Source: Spirochaetia bacterium
GTDB taxonomy: Bacteria; Spirochaetota; Spirochaetia; SZUA-6; Bin103
Direction: 5' to 3'
Length of the DNA: 64,000 nt
Assembly: GCA_965208575.1 (NCBI GenBank)
Contig: CBDBOV010000003.1
Coordinates: 320,001-384,000 of the forward strand
The position numbers were made by a program, and so were the translations under genes. Positions 1 to 9,796 of the stretch are shown here, piece after piece (the stretch's first letter is position 1; every line of letters starts with the position of its first letter). The notes under the pieces are model-generated. The model was not told where the DNA came from. It worked only from the letters and a program-made list of their open reading frames with translations, and ran no database searches.

Positions 1-44
1 AGCGCGATCATGTAGGCGACGCGCCGCAGCAGGTAGCGAGCCAT
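1..44 (-). CDS. 5' end of peptide/nickel ABC transporter permease (DppB/OppB-like), runs off window
   Basis: Reverse strand reads MARYLLRRVAYMIAL, a typical OppB N-terminus; lies downstream of a family-5 SBP. Confidence 0.7.
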   Translation of the reverse strand, partial: MARYLLRRVAYMIA

Positions 45-151
45 CAGCTATGAGCTCTTGTCATGGGGCCCGGCGGTGGGCTTTCGGCATGGCGGGGCGG
101 CGGCGCGGCCCCGAGAGTCCAGGTTGTCCGCCGCCGCCCACCACAGGTCGT

Positions 152-2152
152 TTACTTGAAGTAGAGCTGCTCCGCCTCGATGTTCAGGTCGCCCCACCAG
201 GCGGCGCTGCCGAAGTAGCCCTTGGGCACGTTGACCAGGTTGGACTTGGCGATTACCAGGTGCGGCTGCCCGCCGACGATGCCCTGCATCAGCAGGTTGT
301 CGAAGTGGTAGCCATAGATCTTGCGCGTCACCTCGAGGTACTCGGGCGAGCCGAGCACCGTCTGCTGCAGTTGCTCGCCCCACTGGAAGAGCTGCTTGAA
401 CTCGTCGGGCGGTTCCTCGCCCGGCAGCACGCCGCCCTCGTAGTCGCTGAGGCTGCGCGTGCCTTCCTCCACCTGGATCCAGGCCATCAGCCAATCGCCC
501 CACAACGGCGCCCAGTGCAGGTCGTGGGAGCCATGCACCCACGCCTCGCGGTCGATCATGTACTGGCGCGCCTCGGAGGGAAAGCCCCAGGTGCCGACGT
601 TGACCTCCAGCAGGTTGCCATCCCGGCGCTGACCGTGCAGGGCGTTGTCGGACAGCTTGATCTCCGTCAGCAGCCCGACCGCGCGCCAGTACTCCCGGAT
701 CAGCTCGATCGACTTGCCGGTGGCGCTGTGCTCGCCCTGGATGCGGCCTTCGATGGTGATCGTGAATTGCTCGCCGTTATCGCCGAGGCGCCAGCCGTCG
801 CCGTCGCGCTGGTCCAGGCCGACCGCGTCGAGCAGCCGGTTGGCCTCATCCACGTCGTAGGCGTCCATCGGGTTGTTGCTCCACTCCGGCGGCGAGAACG
901 TTGCCCGCGACACCGGGAACACCATCGGCTCGCCGAGCCCGAAGTACACGCTGTCGAGCACCTCGTCCGCGTTGATCGCCAGCGACATCGCCTGCCGGAA
1001 GCGCAGGTCGCGGAAGATGTGTCCCTTCTCCTCGTGGGTCTGGTTGAACGCGAATGCGATCGGGATATGGTTGACCGGCACCTCGCGCAGGTCGTAGCCG
1101 CCGTCGGCCTCGTTCTCCTTGTACAGGGCGTAGTTGTCGCTGGTGGCGTTGACGAAGTCGTAGTCCACCTCACCGGCGATGATCTTGAGCTGGATGGTCT
1201 CCATGTCGGCGATGCCGGCGATGATGCGGTCGAGGTAGGGGAGCTGCTGGCCGAGCTCGTCCACCTTGTAGAAGTAGGGGTTGCGCTCATGCACCTTGGT
1301 GGTGTCGGTGACCTCGATCAGCTTCCACGGCTGCATGGTGGGGCGCGGCTCGTTGTCGTCGATCAGGTGGCGGAAGCCGTTCTGGTATTCCCAGTCGTGG
1401 GCGTTGAAGGCCAGGTTCCAGCTATCGTAGCCGAGCTCCTTGGCCAGGGCGTCGGCCTCCGGGTTGTACTTGATGTGGAACTTCTCCATGTAGTGCTTGG
1501 GCAGGTAGCTGTGCCAGTCGCCGCCGGCCGGCTCGCCCATCTTGGCCAGCATGACCGGGTAGGGCACGTCGGTTTCCAGGCGCACGTTGTAGTCGTCGAT
1601 CTTGATGGCGCGCCGCACCTTGTTCATCCAGAACGCCTGTGTGCCGCTGCCGACCCGCGAGTCGAAGTGCCAGTCTTCGTATGCGAACACGATGTCGTCG
1701 GCGGTGAACGGCGTGCCGTCCGACCACTGCGCACCCTCGCGCAGGGTGATGGTGAGGCTCAGGAAATCGTCCGCGAGATCGAAGCTCTTGGCCAGGTTGG
1801 GCACCACCGTGGTGTCGGCCCGGATGTAGGCCAGGTAGCTGCCGCGCTCGGTCTCTTCCTGCAGCGTGTTCCACGGTTCGGTGCTGTTCACGAACACGTA
1901 GATGGTGTCGCCGTAGGTGCCGACCGAATCGATCGGCTCCATCACCGGCGGCTCGACCGGAAGCCGCTCCGCCACCGGCGGCAGTTCTCCCGCTGCCACC
2001 ATCGCCGCGAGCATCGGCGCTTCCGAGTATTCGCCGCTGACGACTGCGGCCATCGTTGACGACTCGGCGGATCCACTGTCGGACTCACCGCCGGCAAAGG
2101 CGCCTGCACTGACCATCAGGAGTGCAAGCCCCGTGGCAAACAACTTGTACAT
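152..2152 (-). CDS. ABC transporter substrate-binding protein, family 5
   Basis: Signal peptide MYKLFATGL..AFAGG; motifs EAPMLAAMVAAGELPPVAERLP, LREGAQWSDGTPFTADD, ERNPYFYKVD..LPYLDRI. Confidence 0.9.
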   Translation of the reverse strand: MYKLFATGLALLMVSAGAFAGGESDSGSAESSTMAAVVSGEYSEAPMLAAMVAAGELPPVAERLPVEPPVMEPIDSVGTYGDTIYVFVNSTEPWNTLQEETERGSYLAYIRADTTVVPNLAKSFDLADDFLSLTITLREGAQWSDGTPFTADDIVFAYEDWHFDSRVGSGTQAFWMNKVRRAIKIDDYNVRLETDVPYPVMLAKMGEPAGGDWHSYLPKHYMEKFHIKYNPEADALAKELGYDSWNLAFNAHDWEYQNGFRHLIDDNEPRPTMQPWKLIEVTDTTKVHERNPYFYKVDELGQQLPYLDRIIAGIADMETIQLKIIAGEVDYDFVNATSDNYALYKENEADGGYDLREVPVNHIPIAFAFNQTHEEKGHIFRDLRFRQAMSLAINADEVLDSVYFGLGEPMVFPVSRATFSPPEWSNNPMDAYDVDEANRLLDAVGLDQRDGDGWRLGDNGEQFTITIEGRIQGEHSATGKSIELIREYWRAVGLLTEIKLSDNALHGQRRDGNLLEVNVGTWGFPSEARQYMIDREAWVHGSHDLHWAPLWGDWLMAWIQVEEGTRSLSDYEGGVLPGEEPPDEFKQLFQWGEQLQQTVLGSPEYLEVTRKIYGYHFDNLLMQGIVGGQPHLVIAKSNLVNVPKGYFGSAAWWGDLNIEAEQLYFK

Positions 2153-2321
2153 GGGGTCTCCTTGTAAAGGGGAGCGCGAGACGCTCCCGCCCGAGGTCCG
2201 GTTCATAACGAACGACGAACCCAAAGTTCGCTCGAATATAAACGTGCGCGGCGCGGCCGGTCTACCCGCACCGGGCGTTCGGCGGCGTTCGGCCTGGCGT
2301 TCGGCGGCTTCGGCAGGTCCG

Positions 2322-3188
2322 CTACCAGGCGCGTTCCCGGCGCTGGCTGCTGTGCTGCCACGCGGACGCGATCTGTTCCCAGGTGGCGGCCTGACCCGGA
2401 TCGCACCGGCTGCGCGCCGTGAACGCCATGTCGGCGTGCCACAGGTGGGCCATCGGGGTGCCGACCGGGCTGTAGCGGAAGTCGATCGACCAGCGCACCA
2501 CCTCGGCGCGGTTCACGGTGGAGCGGTGGAACACCAGGTTGTCGAACAGCACGAAGTCGCCGGGGCTCATGGCCACGGTGTCGACCTGCGCGCCCGCGGC
2601 CGGATCGAAGGCGGTGGTGCGGAACGACCCGTCCGAGGTGTCGTGGTCCTGTATGCCCATCTGCTGGCTGCCCGGGATGAACTGCAGGGTGCCGTTTTCC
2701 GCAGTCGTTTCCACCAGCGGCATCCACAACGTGAGCAGCGGGTGGTCGGCGGTGTCCGGCATGTAGCCGCTGTCCTGGTGCCACGGCAGGGTGGTCTCCT
2801 GCTCGTCGGGCAGCTTGGGGCGCACCCAGAAGTCGCCGTTGAACTGGATCTCGGGGCCGATCAGCGCCTGCACCGCGTCCAGGATGGCCGGCTCCACCCA
2901 CAGCTCGAACAGGGCGCGGCTGAACACCCGGCTGTGCCAGCCTACTTGGCCGAAGCGCTGCTTGCCGCCGCACTGACGCCAGACGTGGTGCCAGCGCCGC
3001 TCGAACGGCTGCTCTGCGGCGAGATCCTGGATCTCGCCCGCGCTCAGCATGTTGCGCGACTCGGTGTCCACGATCTGGTCGATCACGGCGGTGATCGCCT
3101 GCAGGCGGGCGGCCGGAATGGTGCCGCGCACCAGCAGATAGCCCTGCCGGGCGAAGGTGTCTCGGTCTGCGGTGGTCAATGCGGGCAC
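2322..3188 (-). CDS. Phytanoyl-CoA dioxygenase (PhyH) family Fe(II)/2-OG oxygenase
   Basis: PWHQD, ENGTLQFIPGS, FHRSTVN..VRWSIDFRY. Confidence 0.9.
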   Translation of the reverse strand: MPALTTADRDTFARQGYLLVRGTIPAARLQAITAVIDQIVDTESRNMLSAGEIQDLAAEQPFERRWHHVWRQCGGKQRFGQVGWHSRVFSRALFELWVEPAILDAVQALIGPEIQFNGDFWVRPKLPDEQETTLPWHQDSGYMPDTADHPLLTLWMPLVETTAENGTLQFIPGSQQMGIQDHDTSDGSFRTTAFDPAAGAQVDTVAMSPGDFVLFDNLVFHRSTVNRAEVVRWSIDFRYSPVGTPMAHLWHADMAFTARSRCDPGQAATWEQIASAWQHSSQRRERAW

Positions 3189-3251
3189 GATGCGGTCTCC
3201 TCGCGGGGTGATGGCAACCGCTAACAGCGCCCGCGCGGTGATGTCAAGCCG

Positions 3252-3980
3252 TCAGGCGGGGTAGATGTCCATCTGGGTGAGGTCGATCGGGCTGCCGAGC
3301 AGCAGGGTGACGAAGCCGCCGTCGTGCACCGGCTCGCCGTCGGCGTCGAGGCCGCCCTCCTCCAGCAGCAGCATGAGCGGGTTGCTGGCCGCCTGCTCGG
3401 TGTGGTAGTCCATGGCCAGTACGGGTACGTTCAGGCGGGCGCGCTCGTCGTGGTAGTCGCCATACAACGGCTGCGGCGTGACGGCGCGGAAGTCGAGCTG
3501 CTTCTCCTCGCCGCCGTCGTGCACCGGCGGAACATCGGGGTGGGTGGCGAGCTGCAGGTCGTAGGGCACGAAGTTGTCGGGGTCGGGCGGCTCCACGAAC
3601 AGCCACTGGTAGCCGTGGTGCAGCAGCATGGCGCGGTTGCCGGGCTGAAAGCCGTCGGGTTGGAAGTAGATGCGCAACTCGACGTGCTCGCCGGTGAGCA
3701 CCGCGGCCAGGACGTAGGTGGTCTCGGCGTCGGTGATGTCGAACAGCAGGTACTCGGCCAGCACGGTGTCGCCGTGGCTGCGGAAGCGGTAGTGGCGCTT
3801 GCCGGTCACCTCGTAGTTGATGCCGCCGGCGGTGACGTTGCCGGCCTGGTCGGCCTCCTGGAGCGCCTGGAAGTCGCGTAGCGCCACCGAACTCTTGACC
3901 GCCAGCAGGCGCCAGAACTCCGGCTGATCCTGGTTGTACTGCGCCGCCGGCTCCTCGCGCCGGCGGCGCTTCCAGAACAT
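3252..3980 (-). CDS. Hypothetical beta-rich protein, possibly DUF2491/DUF4178 (YjfK-like)
   Basis: 242-aa ORF with GC-biased codons, last gene of the DUF350 operon; family assignment from context only. Confidence 0.6.
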   Translation of the reverse strand: MFWKRRRREEPAAQYNQDQPEFWRLLAVKSSVALRDFQALQEADQAGNVTAGGINYEVTGKRHYRFRSHGDTVLAEYLLFDITDAETTYVLAAVLTGEHVELRIYFQPDGFQPGNRAMLLHHGYQWLFVEPPDPDNFVPYDLQLATHPDVPPVHDGGEEKQLDFRAVTPQPLYGDYHDERARLNVPVLAMDYHTEQAASNPLMLLLEEGGLDADGEPVHDGGFVTLLLGSPIDLTQMDIYPA

Positions 3981-4002
3981 CTTGACGCGCCTCCGCGCCG
4001 GG

Positions 4003-4734
4003 CTAGTAGCGGCGCGAGCCGGCGCGCATGACGAAGAACACCGCCAGGATGATGGCGATCACCATCAGCCCGGTCCAGAAGCCGGACGGGCGGCCGCCGT
4101 AGTAGGCCCCCGGCGCGGGGCCGTAGTAGTAATGGTTTCTGGACATGAGCACGCCGAGCATGGCGGCGTCGGCCATCGCGCTGTACAGCACCCAGGTGCC
4201 GAGGCCGGGGTGCAGGTAGCCGTAGCCGCCGAGCCCGGCGTTGTAGGTAACGTTGACGTTGCGCCCGTCGACGCGGGTGGTCTGCGGAATGTGCCCCGGC
4301 CGGCTGCTCGGCTGGCTGGCGTAGCGTGACGGATACTGGCTGGCGTTGCGGCTCACGAACGCCTGCTCCGCCTGCTGCCGGCTCTGAAAGGTAGTGCCGT
4401 TGGTGCGCGCGCGCTGGTAGTTGGCCTGGCTCACGCCGCGGGTGTTGGCGCGTGCCGTCGAGCCGCGGGTGCCGGACAACGACTGGCGGGTGGTGGTGCC
4501 GGTGCGCTGCCGCGTCGAGCCCCACGAGCTGACCGAGCGGCGCGACGAGAAGCTGCGTGACGACGAGAAGCTGCGGCTGCTGAACGAGCGCCCGCCGGAG
4601 AACCCGCCGCGGCGGGCGAAGGCGTCGTCGGCGACCATCAGCAGGGTCAGCGCGATCGCCCCGGCGGCGAGGATGCGGCGCCGCGCCAGGGAGCCGCGCA
4701 ACCGGCGGGCGGGCGGGCGTTGCGGCGCGTTCAC
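4003..4734 (-). CDS. Exported protein with RGG/SR-rich N-terminus and C-terminal TM helix
   Basis: GTG start overlaps DUF350 stop (GTGA); signal ..ADDAFA then RRGGFSGGRSFSSRSFSSS; C-terminal FWTGLMVIAIILAVFFVM. Confidence 0.75.
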   Translation of the reverse strand: MNAPQRPPARRLRGSLARRRILAAGAIALTLLMVADDAFARRGGFSGGRSFSSRSFSSSRSFSSRRSVSSWGSTRQRTGTTTRQSLSGTRGSTARANTRGVSQANYQRARTNGTTFQSRQQAEQAFVSRNASQYPSRYASQPSSRPGHIPQTTRVDGRNVNVTYNAGLGGYGYLHPGLGTWVLYSAMADAAMLGVLMSRNHYYYGPAPGAYYGGRPSGFWTGLMVIAIILAVFFVMRAGSRRY

Positions 4735-5648
4735 TGCACTTCTCCCGCAACGGCGGCGCCTGCGCCGGCGGCCAGGCCGGGGTTGGCGGCGGTGCTGAAC
4801 AGGATGGCGATGACCAGGAAGGCGGCCGCGGCGATCACCGCCGCCGCGGTGTTCTTGTGCTCGGCGACCTCCTGCGACAGGACGCCGTGCGGCAGGAACA
4901 CCTTGTCGGCGATGACCCGCCCGACCAGCAGCAGCAGCAGGCCGCTGCCGGCAATGACGGCGGTGATCAGCAGTTCGCGGCCCAGGTCGCTGCCGGCGCC
5001 GGTGAGGGCGGTGCGGACGATCAGCCCCTGGGCGACCAGGAACGAGCCGAAGCTGATGCCCACCGCCGGGTTGGCGTCGTCCTCGATGCTCTTGTGCACG
5101 TCGTAGCGGGTGATCGCCTGGAACACGAGGCCGTCGATGATCAGGATCAACTGCCCGGCGGCCCAGTAGATCATCACGTCGCGGATCAGCAGCATCAGGC
5201 TGCCGCTGGTGCCGGACAGCACGCCGGAGAGCATCAGGCCGGTGGCGATGCTCATGCCGCCCACCACGTAGCCGGTGCCGACGTTCTTTTCGTCGCCGAT
5301 CTCGGTGCTCACCTTGAACGTGAACAGCACGAAGCGGTCGTTGATCATCATGCTCATGCGCAGCAGCACGATCGCCATCGCCCCGGTGATCACGATGCCG
5401 GCCAGTTCGCCGAGCAGGTCGCTGGTGGTGCCGAGCAGCGTGGCGGAGATGGCGAACGCGAGTCCGACCAGGTAGCCGCCGAAGCTCACCGCCACGGCGT
5501 TGTTGCGCTCGGTGGTCAGGTGGCGGTCGATGTCGTAGCGCGTGGTGAGGTTGTAGAACAGCTTGCCGAGGAACACCAGCACGATGCCGGCGCCGAAGTA
5601 GGGCAGTTTCTCGACCACGAACTCGAGCGTAGTGGTCAGTGCATCCAT
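4731..5648 (-). CDS. DUF350 (YjfL-like) membrane protein, tandem domains
   Basis: Repeated TRYDI/V..NxAVxxSFG motif (TTRYDIDRHLTTERNNAVAVSFGG; ITRYDVHKSIEDDANPAVGISFGS); ~8 TM helices; AGGAG RBS. Confidence 0.85.
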   Translation of the reverse strand: MDALTTTLEFVVEKLPYFGAGIVLVFLGKLFYNLTTRYDIDRHLTTERNNAVAVSFGGYLVGLAFAISATLLGTTSDLLGELAGIVITGAMAIVLLRMSMMINDRFVLFTFKVSTEIGDEKNVGTGYVVGGMSIATGLMLSGVLSGTSGSLMLLIRDVMIYWAAGQLILIIDGLVFQAITRYDVHKSIEDDANPAVGISFGSFLVAQGLIVRTALTGAGSDLGRELLITAVIAGSGLLLLLVGRVIADKVFLPHGVLSQEVAEHKNTAAAVIAAAAFLVIAILFSTAANPGLAAGAGAAVAGEVQ

Positions 5649-5807
5649 GGGCCACTCCTTGACGGGCGGCGTGTCGGCACTTCGTCCGGCCGTCCCCGCT
5701 AATATATCGTCCGGCTTTCCCGCGCGCCAATCGCGGCGGGCCGGGGCCTGCCGGGGCCGGCCGCGGCCGGGCCGCGCCGGTGTACGGGCGCTGCGCGGAG
5801 GTGCACA

Positions 5808-6686
5808 ATGGCGGCCATGAACCGATATCGGCGCGTGCGCGAGCGCACGTACGAGGTGCTGGAGAAGGTCGCCGAGGGCGACCGGCTCTCGCAGGCGGTC
5901 GACGTGGCCATCATCGCCGTGATCCTCGCCAACATGGCGGCGGTGGTGCTGGAGTCGTTCGCCGGGCTCTCCGATCGCTACGCCGCCTGGTTCTCCGCGG
6001 TGGAAGTGGTATCGGTGATACTGTTCACGGCGGAGTTGGCGCTGCGCCTGTGGACCTGCGACCTGCTGCGCCCGGGGCGCTCGTGGCCGGTCGCGGTGGT
6101 GCGCTTCCTGGTATCGCCGATCGGGCTGATCGACCTGCTCGCCATCCTGCCGTTCTACCTGCCGCTGCTGATCCCGGTCGACCTGCGCGTGGTGCGCGTG
6201 CTGCGCCTGGTGCGCTTCCTGCGCCTGCTGAAGCTGACCCGCTACACGCGTTCGGTGGCGACCATGGCGGCGGTGGTGCGGGAGCGCCGCCACGAGTTGA
6301 TGGTGGCGGTGTTGCTCACCGCGATTCTGCTGGTGGTGGCCTCCACGCTGATGTACTACCTGGAGTCGACGGTACAGCCGGAGGCGTTCCCGAACATTGT
6401 CGCCTCGCTGTGGTGGGCGGTGGCCACGCTCACCACCATCGGCTACGGCGACGTGTTCCCGGTCACCGGCCTCGGCCGCCTGCTCAGCGGCATCATCGCC
6501 GTGCTCGGCATCGGGCTGGTGGCGCTGCCCACCGCGATCATCAGTTCCGGGTTCGTCGAAGCGCTGGCCCGCAGCAAGCAGGAGGAGGGCGATGCGAAGG
6601 CGGCCGGGACCGACGCCGGCACCGGTGCCGTGCAGGTGTGCCCGCACTGCGGCAAGCCGCTCGATGCCGGAGCCGAACGGGACTGA
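5808..6686 (+). CDS. Voltage-gated potassium channel (ion transporter) with C-terminal CPHC knuckle
   Basis: S4-like RVVRVLRLVRFLRLLKL; selectivity filter TLTTIGYGD. Confidence 0.95.
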   Translation: MAAMNRYRRVRERTYEVLEKVAEGDRLSQAVDVAIIAVILANMAAVVLESFAGLSDRYAAWFSAVEVVSVILFTAELALRLWTCDLLRPGRSWPVAVVRFLVSPIGLIDLLAILPFYLPLLIPVDLRVVRVLRLVRFLRLLKLTRYTRSVATMAAVVRERRHELMVAVLLTAILLVVASTLMYYLESTVQPEAFPNIVASLWWAVATLTTIGYGDVFPVTGLGRLLSGIIAVLGIGLVALPTAIISSGFVEALARSKQEEGDAKAAGTDAGTGAVQVCPHCGKPLDAGAERD

Positions 6687-6695
6687 CCGCGCCGC

Positions 6696-8015
6696 TCAAT
6701 CGTCGTCCCTCACCTTGACGATCGCGGCCGTCGCGTCGCCGAACTCGTACCAGGGGCCGGTGCCGGTGATGCGGGTCCCGATGCGCGCGAAGACCCAACC
6801 GTCGGGCTCATCGACGCTGTCGACCTCCAATCCGACACGAAATCTCACCTTGGTGCTGCCGGCTCCAACCCGCACCTGGTACAATCCGGAACGTCTCAGC
6901 ACGCTCCCTTGTTGGGTCAACCACACGGCCACGGTCAGGGCTTCAGACACCCGGTCCTGTGGGGCCAGGATGAACTCTACCGCTCCGTCGCCTTCGTCGT
7001 AGACGGCATCATCCGTGACGATCGAGATGCGCGGACCCAGAGGTTTGTACGCTCTGGTCCCCGCCCCGAGGTAGAACCATTCGCCCACGACGTTTCCTGA
7101 CACCGTGCGCGAGGCCACAAGACAGTCGCAGCCGCCCGGCAGGTTGATCGTGTACGTCCTCCCGGCGGTAGACGGAACGCGAACTTCCGAGATCAAATAC
7201 TCGGAATCATAAGCTCCCCACCACAGGTCGTAGTGGGTGATGGCCGTGTCGGTCGCCGTCCACCGCACGGTGATGCTGGTCGCCGTGACCATGGCGACCT
7301 CGAAGATCGGCGGCGTCCGCGGCGGGCGCCGCGGCGCAGGCGTGGGGGGCGGAGGCGCCGCGGTCTCCACGGTGACGACGAGCGACCACTCACCTTCCTC
7401 GCCTGCGTAGCGCGCCCGTACCCGTATTTCGTACGCGGCACCCGCATCGAGATCCGGGATGGTGTATTCCGTCGGCGTACTCGGGAGGTCGGTTGCCATG
7501 GTCCAGTCCGTGTCACCGTCGCGGCGCCAGTGCAACTCGTAGCCGGTGATTGCCGAATCGGTCTCCGGGGCCTTCCAGGTCACCGTGACGGCCGTCGCGG
7601 TTCGCGTGCCCGGCGCCAGCACCGGCGGAGGCGGCGCCGTCTTCACGGTGACGATGTGCGACCACTCACCTTGCTCGCCCGCGTATCGCGCGCGTACCTG
7701 TACCTCGTACCGGGTACCCGTATCGAGATTCGGGATGGTGTATTCGGTCGACGCGCTTGGGAGGTCGGCTACCATGGTCCAGTCCGCGTCACCGTCGCGG
7801 CGCCAGCGCAACGCGTAACCGGCGATCACCATCGCCGTGTCCGGCGCCGTCCACTGCACGGTGGCGCTGGTCGACGTGGTTGCCCCTGCGGAGAGCACCG
7901 GCGGCGGAGGTGCGGGCGGTGTTTCGTCTTGCGGAGCCTGAATCTTCGGATGCATCCCGCCACATGCGCCCACGAGCAACCCTGCGAGTGTCAGCAGGAC
8001 AAGCAGCCGTCGCAC
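6696..8015 (-). CDS. Fibronectin type III repeat lipoprotein, copy A (3 FN3 domains + Calx-beta-like domain)
   Basis: Lipobox LLVGAC; FN3 motifs W..P..I.GY.L.W and YEVQVRARY..GEWS; start codon uncertain. Confidence 0.85.
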   Translation of the reverse strand: MRRLLVLLTLAGLLVGACGGMHPKIQAPQDETPPAPPPPVLSAGATTSTSATVQWTAPDTAMVIAGYALRWRRDGDADWTMVADLPSASTEYTIPNLDTGTRYEVQVRARYAGEQGEWSHIVTVKTAPPPPVLAPGTRTATAVTVTWKAPETDSAITGYELHWRRDGDTDWTMATDLPSTPTEYTIPDLDAGAAYEIRVRARYAGEEGEWSLVVTVETAAPPPPTPAPRRPPRTPPIFEVAMVTATSITVRWTATDTAITHYDLWWGAYDSEYLISEVRVPSTAGRTYTINLPGGCDCLVASRTVSGNVVGEWFYLGAGTRAYKPLGPRISIVTDDAVYDEGDGAVEFILAPQDRVSEALTVAVWLTQQGSVLRRSGLYQVRVGAGSTKVRFRVGLEVDSVDEPDGWVFARIGTRITGTGPWYEFGDATAAIVKVRDDD

Positions 8016-8044
8016 GTCGCGGCCACGGCGCCATACCGGCATGG

Positions 8045-8250
8045 GCGGCCTGCTCAGCGGCATCGCCGCCGTGCTCGCATCGGGCCGATGGCGCGGCCCA
8101 CGGCGATCCGGATTCGTCGAGTCGTTCTCCCGCACCCAACCGGAAACAGGCAAAGGGAAGGCATCGACACCGGCTCCGGTGCCGGACACGTGCGCCCGCA
8201 CTGCGGCAGGCCGCTCAGTGTCGGAGCCAAAACAGGACTGACCGCTTCGC
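8045..8250 (+). pseudogene. Degenerate duplicate of the K+ channel 3' end
   Basis: Aligns with ~6475-6695 (cctgctcagcggcatc..gccgtgctcg; cccgcactgcggca; ggactgaccgc) with indels. Confidence 0.85.
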
Positions 8251-9609
8251 TCAATCGTCGTCCCTCACCCTGACGAACGCGGTGGTGATGTCTCCCACTT
8301 CGTAGTAGGGGCTGGTCTGGACCCGCGCGGAAACCCAACTGTCGGGCTCATCGACGCTGTCGACCTGCAATCCGACGCGGAATCTCACCCTGGTGCTGCC
8401 GACCCCGACCCGCACCTCTATCGTTCCGAACTGTTGCAGCATGTTTTCGTCTTCCGCCACCCACACGGACACGGTCAGGGGTTTAGTCACCCTGTCCTGT
8501 GGGGTCAGGATGAACTCGACCGCTCCGTCGCCTTCGTCGGCGAAGGCGTCGTCCGTGATGATCGAGATGCGCGGACCCTGAGGTTTGAATGGCACTATGG
8601 TATCGGCCGCGAGGTAGAACCATGGGCCCTCGACCGCTCCTTTCACCGTGCGCGAGCCGACAATACAGTGGCAGGCCCCCATGTCGATCGTGTACGTCTC
8701 GGTGGTAGACGGCACGCGAACCTGCGAGTACGCTCCCGGCTCCACCGGCACCAGGAACCCTTTCCACTTCAGGTCGTAGTGGGTGATGGCCGGATCGGTC
8801 ACCGTCCACTTCACCGTGACGGTGCTCTCCGTAACCATGGTTACCGTGAAGATCGGCGGCGTCCGCGGCGGCCGCCGCGGCGCAGGCGTGGGGGGCGGGG
8901 GCGCCGTGGTCTCCACGGTGACGACGAGCGACCACTCACCCTCCTCGCTTGCGTAGCGCGCCCGTACCCGTATTTGGTACACGGTGCGCGCATCGAGGTC
9001 GGGGATGGTGTATTCCGTCGGCGTACTCGGGAGGTCGGTTGCCATGATCCAGTCCGTGTCACCGGCGCGGCGCCAGTGCAGCTCGTAACCGGTGATTGCC
9101 GAATCGGTCTCCGGGGCCGTCCAGGTCACCGTGACGGCCGTCGCGGTTCGCGTGCCCGGCGCCAGCACCGGTGGCGGCGGCGCGGTCTCCACGGTGACGA
9201 TGTGCGACCACTCACCTTGCTCGCCCGCGTATCGCGCGCGTACCTGTACCTCGTACCGGGTACCCGCATCGAGATTCGGGATGGTGTGTTCGGTCGACGC
9301 GCTTGAGAGGTCGGCTGCCATGGTCCAGTTCGCGTCACCGGCGGGGCGCCAGCGCAACGCGTAACCGGTGATCACCATCTCCGTGTCCGGCGCCGTCCAC
9401 TGCACCGTGGCGCTGGTCGACGTGGTCGCTCCTGCCGAGAGCAGCGGCGGCGGCGGTGCGGGCGGTGTTTCGTCTTGCGGAGCCTGAATCTTCGGATGCA
9501 TCCCGCCGCATGCCCCCAGGAGCAACCCTCCGACCGTCAGCAGGAGAAGAATCGCCTGCACGTCGCCGCCGCGGCGTATCACTGCCCTGCGATACATGGC
9601 ATTCTGCAT
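8251..9609 (-). CDS. Fibronectin type III repeat lipoprotein, copy B
   Basis: Lipobox LLLGAC; first two FN3 domains near-identical to copy A; same VRDDD C-terminus. Confidence 0.85.
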   Translation of the reverse strand: MQNAMYRRAVIRRGGDVQAILLLLTVGGLLLGACGGMHPKIQAPQDETPPAPPPPLLSAGATTSTSATVQWTAPDTEMVITGYALRWRPAGDANWTMAADLSSASTEHTIPNLDAGTRYEVQVRARYAGEQGEWSHIVTVETAPPPPVLAPGTRTATAVTVTWTAPETDSAITGYELHWRRAGDTDWIMATDLPSTPTEYTIPDLDARTVYQIRVRARYASEEGEWSLVVTVETTAPPPPTPAPRRPPRTPPIFTVTMVTESTVTVKWTVTDPAITHYDLKWKGFLVPVEPGAYSQVRVPSTTETYTIDMGACHCIVGSRTVKGAVEGPWFYLAADTIVPFKPQGPRISIITDDAFADEGDGAVEFILTPQDRVTKPLTVSVWVAEDENMLQQFGTIEVRVGVGSTRVRFRVGLQVDSVDEPDSWVSARVQTSPYYEVGDITTAFVRVRDDD

Positions 9610-9796
9610 CGTAGTTGCATGGCGGCCGATTGTCCATCACCGAATCATATTCAGAATGGATAATGGAATGTCGTTTTCGTGTTTTTGATGGATGGAACGA
9701 AGGGGTTGCGCGATTGAAGCCTTGTCTCGCACAGTCGGCGGCAGCGTTGCACGGTTGCAGCCTTCCGGACGAGGTTGCGCGGGCGCGGGAGATGCG

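Noticed and set aside
50-2059. Long antisense or alternate-frame ORFs (also 18146-21013, 15303-17246, 42965-45007, 50287-51972)
   Set aside because: Shadow ORFs expected at high GC, opposite well-supported genes, with no motifs
6696-9609. DGR target/template pair
   Set aside because: Differences include indels and are not adenine-specific; both copies are coding; no reverse transcriptase in the window
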